The notes under the pieces were generated by a model. That model searched no databases, was not told the DNA's origin, and saw only the letters and a program-made list of their open reading frames with translations. A program made the translations under genes and the position numbers. 64,000 nucleotides of DNA, from the sequence record OQ790161.1; one strand, given 5' to 3'. The stretch's first letter is position 1, and each line of letters opens with the position of its first letter. Positions 58,956 through 64,000 of the stretch are shown here, piece by piece.

Positions 58956-58957
58956 AC

Positions 58958-59485
58958 ATGGATACCAATACGCCAGAAGCCAAGAGAATCATCGAACTGG
59001 TGGCCAAGGAACTCCCGGCACACATACGGGACTATCCTTCCTTCGTAGTGGTTGAGAAGGCTCAAGGAAAAGAAATGGCCAACTTCGCCCGTGCACTCGT
59101 GGCGACTGCGCCGGCTCAGAAGCGGACATCCGGGTTTGATCGGACCGTAGCGATCGGTGAGAACGACGTCTACAAGGCTCACACGCGAATCGACCAAGCC
59201 GTTCAGAACGAGATCAATCGACTGGGCGCCACCGTGGAGGCCTACGGGATTTACACGCAGAGTCTGGCAGTGGTACTGCGCGACGTACTTCCCATGGTGG
59301 AAGAAACGGTGGAATCCACCGGTGAACTGGGCCGTGATTTTATCGAAGCCTACCAACAGGAAAAGCGTCTTCTGCAACGTGCCAAGGCGGTACTCAAGGC
59401 GGTGGATGAAGATCCCATCCTCCATGTTCGTGACGTCTACGCCCAGGACGTCGATGAGCAATTTGACATCAAGTTTGAGGAGTAA
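58958..59485 (+). CDS. Paralog family member 6 (175 aa)
   Basis: YTQSLAVVLRDVLP ... VDEQFDIKFEE. Confidence 0.75.
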   Translation: MDTNTPEAKRIIELVAKELPAHIRDYPSFVVVEKAQGKEMANFARALVATAPAQKRTSGFDRTVAIGENDVYKAHTRIDQAVQNEINRLGATVEAYGIYTQSLAVVLRDVLPMVEETVESTGELGRDFIEAYQQEKRLLQRAKAVLKAVDEDPILHVRDVYAQDVDEQFDIKFEE

Positions 59486-59603
59486 CGGGATCTCAAAACT
59501 ATACCATCCTCTTGTAACCACAAGTAAAAGGTGTAGGATGTTCCCGAAGTGAAGTGGATTTTTACAGGTCTTATTAACGGTATAGATACCCAAAGGAAAC
59601 CTG

Positions 59604-60224
59604 ATGGCACTTTTGATTGATGGCGATGCCATGTCGTTTCGTGCGGCGCTCTATGGCCGACCCGCTGAGACGACAGTCAATTTCCTGCAACAGCAGTTCA
59701 ACGACCCGTCCCGCGCGTTGAGCTTTGCCAACAACTCGTTCTTCGATCGTGCACGCAGCATGTTCGAGACCAACTTCAACGAAGAGGCCATGGCCAAGTA
59801 TGATTCGGTTCGCCGCAATCTGCACACGGTCTGGGACATGGACGACATCCGACCGTTGTTGACGTTGGATGCAATGCAGCAGGCCAAGCCTGTGATGCAG
59901 CGCTGGCTGATGGCCAATCCGTTCTTGCGCAACCTGCACAAGCAAGGACGTATCGAAGCCTTCGGCGATTCGTACGTGGACCACAAGAACCAAGGCATCG
60001 GTGTGGACCATTACGACTGGCGCCTGGCGCGCAACGGCTTTGCTACCTTCAATGACGAAACCGAGTGGGAAGCAACCACCTACGGTGATGAGTTGTTGGA
60101 AGGCGATGTTGAGCCGACGTTCTTGGAAAAGGTGGCTATCGACCAAACGTGGGCCGCAGCAGAAATCGAGATGCTGTTTGGCACGCGCGATGTGACCTCG
60201 CCCGAGAACAATGAGTGGGGATAA
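59604..60224 (+). CDS. Conserved Chimalliviridae hypothetical protein (206 aa)
   Basis: AAGGA RBS; MQRWLMANP.LR.L..QG..E.F.DSY.D and HYDWR pattern, recalled from phiKZ-like core genes. Confidence 0.65.
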   Translation: MALLIDGDAMSFRAALYGRPAETTVNFLQQQFNDPSRALSFANNSFFDRARSMFETNFNEEAMAKYDSVRRNLHTVWDMDDIRPLLTLDAMQQAKPVMQRWLMANPFLRNLHKQGRIEAFGDSYVDHKNQGIGVDHYDWRLARNGFATFNDETEWEATTYGDELLEGDVEPTFLEKVAIDQTWAAAEIEMLFGTRDVTSPENNEWG

Positions 60225-60233
60225 GTATGTGAG

Positions 60234-60255
60234 CCGGGACCCTTCGGGGTCCCGG
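60234..60255 (+). terminator. cUUCGg hairpin
   Basis: CCGGGACCC-ttcg-GGGTCCCGG. Confidence 0.55.
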
Positions 60256-60289
60256 TAATCGACCGTTCTTTTTCTTTTAGGAAGTAACC

Positions 60290-60703
60290 ATGACGGACGT
60301 CGTCCCCACCCTCAGCACGGCCGGATTCGTCTCTGACGTTCCGTCCATGATTGACCGTATGCTGGCGTATTACCTCACCAGCGATTTCTCGCAGTCCAAC
60401 GTGTTCTTCGGTCAAGTCGTCTCGCTGCAAAAGCAGATGCAACAGTACCAACACGATACCCTGACCCTTCAGACGCGCATCCGCGAAGAACTGACGGGTT
60501 ATTTCGGCGGGGCGTTCGATTCGGTCACGGTCAACGTGAGTACCGAGATCCCCAACCCCGATGATCCCAACCGTATCAACGTGACGGTTGAAGCCATCAT
60601 TGTCAAGGACGGTAAGTCCTACAGTGTCGGCAAACTGATTGAGACCCAAAACTCGATCACCCAGAAAATCATCAACCTCAACAACGAAGGCGTCTCCGCA
60701 TGA
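60290..60703 (+). CDS. Conserved Chimalliviridae protein (137 aa), possible gp25-like fold
   Basis: VPTLS..GFV....MID..LAYY..SD.SQSNVF pattern; beta-rich C-terminus. Confidence 0.55.
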   Translation: MTDVVPTLSTAGFVSDVPSMIDRMLAYYLTSDFSQSNVFFGQVVSLQKQMQQYQHDTLTLQTRIREELTGYFGGAFDSVTVNVSTEIPNPDDPNRINVTVEAIIVKDGKSYSVGKLIETQNSITQKIINLNNEGVSA

Positions 60704-61410
60704 GTTCCAAGCCCGCCAAGAAGGCAACCAAGAAGGTAGCCACCAAGACCACCGCCAAGAAAGCGCCGGTCCGCAGTGCACCGCCGAAGGGTAACACCGC
60801 ACCGAAGCCCGATCTGCTGGCCGCTGGCCTTGCCCAAGCGCAGCAGCGCCTGCAGGACCTGTCTCCCGAAGAACAGCGCAAGCAAGCCCAGGTCCTGATG
60901 GGCCGTCTGATCAGTGAAGTCTCCCGTGTCAGCGCGCAGGCTGGTTTCCTGCTCAAGACCGGCCAGACCCAGTACTCCGAAGTGACCGGTCGCCTGGACT
61001 ACCTGGACGCCTGCGTGGCCATGATCGCCGAAGCCCTGCATATCGAACTGCCCAAGCGCCTGCCGCCGCTGCTCGATGCCACCGTCGAGCTGCTGACCGA
61101 AGCCGAAGTGCCGGCAGGCGAAAACTGGGAACTGCAAGCAGTGGCCCATGCCAAGTCGCATCCGGTCTACGGCAAGATCGAAGTGGTCATCGGCGTGGGT
61201 GAAGAAGCCCGTTCCGAATCGGTGGAGCGCATGCATCCGGCCGTGGCCGCGCGCCTGAAGGAAGCCTTCGCTGCGCGCGAAGCCGCCGGCACGCTGGTGT
61301 ACGGTTACTTCTACACCGTCCGACTGCACATGGTCCATGCCGGTGCGATCGACGAGTCCAGCGTTGCGCTGGCTGACGAAGGAAACAGTGGCGATGTCCA
61401 ACAAGCCTGA
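60700..61410 (+). CDS. Hypothetical protein with Lys/Ala-rich N-terminus and coiled coil (236 aa)
   Basis: ATGA coupling; strong codon bias. Confidence 0.7.
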   Translation: MSSKPAKKATKKVATKTTAKKAPVRSAPPKGNTAPKPDLLAAGLAQAQQRLQDLSPEEQRKQAQVLMGRLISEVSRVSAQAGFLLKTGQTQYSEVTGRLDYLDACVAMIAEALHIELPKRLPPLLDATVELLTEAEVPAGENWELQAVAHAKSHPVYGKIEVVIGVGEEARSESVERMHPAVAARLKEAFAAREAAGTLVYGYFYTVRLHMVHAGAIDESSVALADEGNSGDVQQA

Positions 61411-61981
61411 TTCCCGCGCTCTCGAAGAACCGCGTCGCACCCCACCGGACGTACTGGAAGCCATGCGTGAGCTGGCTGAAGCGGACAAAGTGGAAGTGGC
61501 TCGCATGTCCGAGCCGATGTTCCGCGAACACATCCTGCCGATGCTCTCCGCACCGGCCGGTGCGCGTGTGGACCTGACGCGTTGGTTGGAAGTGGCCGGT
61601 ACGCCCCTGCGTGCCATCGATGTGGTCGATGACCATACCGGTGAGACGATCTTCCGGGTTCCGGCCCTGATGCGTACCATTCCCACGGTCGCCCAGCAGG
61701 AAGTGAACTTCAACACCATCGTAGTCGAATCGATCGCTCACGAGAACGTGCACCCGGCCGCCGCTGATCGTTACCTGTTTCAGCAGTTCTCCCGTGTCCG
61801 TACCGGTCACACCCTGCTGGACATCCCCACGGCACGTGCGTGGAATGATATTCGCAAGCGCTATGATCTGCCCCTGATTCCGATCCCTGCCGGCGACGGT
61901 ACGTTGGAAACGGGCACCACTCCCACTGCCAGTTCCGGCCACGGCCAACTGGTTGTCGAGGATGATCAAACCGACTTCTAA
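61394..61981 (+). CDS. Conserved hypothetical protein (195 aa)
   Basis: ATG 61394; operon context. Confidence 0.6.
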   Translation: MSNKPDSRALEEPRRTPPDVLEAMRELAEADKVEVARMSEPMFREHILPMLSAPAGARVDLTRWLEVAGTPLRAIDVVDDHTGETIFRVPALMRTIPTVAQQEVNFNTIVVESIAHENVHPAAADRYLFQQFSRVRTGHTLLDIPTARAWNDIRKRYDLPLIPIPAGDGTLETGTTPTASSGHGQLVVEDDQTDF

Positions 61982-61992
61982 CTGGTAGAGCA

Positions 61993-63108
61993 ATGAAGCC
62001 TGATTTGTACCTTGCCTCCACTTCGGATATTCACTGCGGTCACAAAAAGACCAATACGGAGTGGGTCATCAAAACCCTGCGCCGGGAGTTTCCGGACACT
62101 GCATCAACCCACGCGTTGGACTTGATTCTTTTCGGTGGCGATTTCTTCGATCAGCTTCTGCACTTGAACCAGTACGATGTTCCAATGATCTTGGAGTGGG
62201 GCGGGCTCTTCTTCCAGATGGCTGAAGAGCACAAGATCGAAGTTTACTTCCTCGAAGGTACGCCTTCCCACGACTGGCGCCAGCAGCGCCTGTTGGAAGT
62301 ACTGAAGCGATTGGGGCACGGTCGCAACCATGTTCACTTTGTGGATGAGTTGTCGATCGTGCACAATGAACGTCTAGGGATTGACATCTTGTTCGTGCCA
62401 GATGAATGGCGTCCCGAACCGGATGACACGTGGATGGAAGTTCGGCAGCTGCTGCTGGAGAAGGGCCTTGAGAAGGTGGACTTCACCGTCCTCCACGGGG
62501 CCTTTGATTTTCAGCTCCCTGCCCACGTCACCGTGCCTAAGCACACGGCTGAACGCTACCAGAATATCACCCGCCATCGGGTATTCGGGGCGCACATCCA
62601 CACCCCTTCCGTGCACGGCAACATCCGTGTCAACGGCTCCCTCGAGCGCTTGGCGCACAACGAGGAAGAAGACAAGGGTCACTGGCGTGTCCGTTTCAAA
62701 GACGGAGAAGTGGACCATGAGAAATTCGTGGTCAACAAGCACGCCAAGATCTACCGCACCATTGATTGCACCAAGACCGAATTGGACGATGCATTGACCC
62801 TCGTGCGCAAAGAGGTTCAGGCGATGCCCGATGACAGTCACGTGCGTATCCGTGCGAACAAAGGCGAACCGGTGCTGGCCAGTCTGGATGTGCTGCGTAA
62901 GCAGTTCCCCCAGATCCACTGGAGCACCAAAGCCATCGAGACTGAGGAGGTGCAACAAAACCTCTTGGTCGACCTGCGGGCGACTTACAGTCAAGTCCAG
63001 ATCACACCGGACAATATCCAAGAGCTCCTCCTGAACCGGCTGGAGATGATGGCAATTGATCCGGTGGTATTGGCGCGTTGCCAACAACGAATTGGAGAAC
63101 TGGGTTAA
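61993..63108 (+). CDS. SbcD/Mre11-like metallophosphoesterase nuclease
   Basis: SDIH, GGDFFD, GTPSHD, VLHG, GAHIH and NGSLERL metallophosphoesterase motifs. Confidence 0.85.
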   Translation: MKPDLYLASTSDIHCGHKKTNTEWVIKTLRREFPDTASTHALDLILFGGDFFDQLLHLNQYDVPMILEWGGLFFQMAEEHKIEVYFLEGTPSHDWRQQRLLEVLKRLGHGRNHVHFVDELSIVHNERLGIDILFVPDEWRPEPDDTWMEVRQLLLEKGLEKVDFTVLHGAFDFQLPAHVTVPKHTAERYQNITRHRVFGAHIHTPSVHGNIRVNGSLERLAHNEEEDKGHWRVRFKDGEVDHEKFVVNKHAKIYRTIDCTKTELDDALTLVRKEVQAMPDDSHVRIRANKGEPVLASLDVLRKQFPQIHWSTKAIETEEVQQNLLVDLRATYSQVQITPDNIQELLLNRLEMMAIDPVVLARCQQRIGELG

Positions 63109-63950
63109 TGAACATGATCCAAGTCATTGTCGACAATCGCGACAAAGGACAGGTGCCGATTACGATCGGCACTTCACTCGCACTGGAGGCAGGAGCTGGC
63201 GTGTATCCGGACCGTCCGGAGATGCCACCCCCGTTCATGCGAGTCCGGCAACTGTGGGTGAATCTGCGCACGATTGTCCGTAATCTTTATGGATGCCTGC
63301 CCACTGACGTTAAGGAGTCTGTACTCCCGGACGATATGTGGCAAGCGGCTCTGGAAGAGCTGTCAGTGATCGAGGCGGCCGTCAAGGAAGCCTCCAAGGG
63401 GCACACCCAGGTGGTGTTCTACGTGAGCGACTACAAGCGCTTGCAGGGACGTTATCCGGGCGCCGTCTTGAAGGAAGCCAAGACACCCAAACAGATCTTC
63501 CAACAGAAACTGGAGGAGACCACACTCCAGCTGATGCTCAAGAACAACCATCAGCAGGAAGTGAAATTCTTCGAGTTTGGTATCGAAGGTCAGTATCCGG
63601 AAAGCTTCATCATCACCCACTTGCCTGTGGATCTTCTGGCCCGCTACCGGTTCACGCGACTGGAGCTGCTGGAATCGCACACCGGCAAGATCAAGGGACC
63701 GGCGGAGTGGAACACGAAACTGACCAACGGTAAAGAGCTGGCAAACATCCCGTTCAATGCTTTCACCCTGCAACTCTTCGGGGATAACGGAAACATGTTC
63801 TCGCCACAGCCCATCAGTGTTCGCAAAGCCTTCTTAGAGGCAGCCCAGCAATGGGGCCTGACCAACGTCTCGACGATGGACAAGGTGAAGAACACGGTGG
63901 CCAAGATTCAGAACGACCACCTCCGTGGCGGCCTGACGAAACTGCTGTAA
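63108..63950 (+). CDS. Conserved Chimalliviridae protein following SbcD-like gene (280 aa)
   Basis: TAATG coupling; ISIGT-like (ITIGTSLALE), N.RT..RN, LLESHTG..K...WNTKL pattern. Confidence 0.6.
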   Translation: MNMIQVIVDNRDKGQVPITIGTSLALEAGAGVYPDRPEMPPPFMRVRQLWVNLRTIVRNLYGCLPTDVKESVLPDDMWQAALEELSVIEAAVKEASKGHTQVVFYVSDYKRLQGRYPGAVLKEAKTPKQIFQQKLEETTLQLMLKNNHQQEVKFFEFGIEGQYPESFIITHLPVDLLARYRFTRLELLESHTGKIKGPAEWNTKLTNGKELANIPFNAFTLQLFGDNGNMFSPQPISVRKAFLEAAQQWGLTNVSTMDKVKNTVAKIQNDHLRGGLTKLL

Positions 63951-64000
63951 AAAGACACGCATCCAGCTAATCCCATGAGGACCACCTCCTTGGAAATGAA

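Noticed and set aside
14893-60255. CRISPR array or REP/IS repeats from the recurring hairpins
   Set aside because: They are dispersed singly at gene boundaries, the stems differ in sequence, and there is no spacer periodicity, cas gene or transposase.
63975-64000. Start of a gp68-like nvRNAP subunit at the right edge
   Set aside because: Expected from gene order, but only a few codons are visible, so it cannot be supported.

Overview
This window is part of a high-GC, nucleus-forming jumbo phage genome (phiKZ-like, Chimalliviridae). All family and gene assignments come from motifs and gene order recognised by eye; no database searches were run. In order it carries: (1) a virion transcription/head block, comprising a gp181-like giant tail protein running off the left edge, virion RNA polymerase beta'- and beta-like subunits, a gp176-like protein and the gp175-like prohead protease; (2) a 15-22 kb accessory block with a BCS1-like AAA ATPase, a DUF488-like protein and an HslV-like protease; (3) tail tube, tail sheath, three structural genes, a NUMOD4-HNH endonuclease and the large terminase; (4) a small, probably early, block with an SMI1/KNR4-domain protein and a Cys-rich lipoprotein; (5) PhuZ tubulin, a run of small proteins that may be paralogs, the family B DNA polymerase catalytic subunit, chimallin, the non-virion RNAP beta' subunit, a six-member paralog array and an SbcD-like nuclease. 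The best-supported unannotated feature is a 405-nt ORF-less group I intron (IA2-like, 5205-5609). It splits the catalytic AD|FDGD motif of the virion RNAP beta' gene, so a plain ORF call gives a truncated subunit lacking its active site. Other notable items are six paralogs beside chimallin/nvRNAP sharing an acidic F-x-[IV]-x-F-[ED] C-terminal tail, a family of intergenic (G)CATA-hairpin(cUUCGg)-TATGC elements, a candidate structured ncRNA before the DNA polymerase, and an unlisted 36-aa peptide gene. Several essential genes carry single-base frameshifts at short homopolymer runs, which look like sequencing errors rather than biology. I saw no tRNA, rRNA or CRISPR array.
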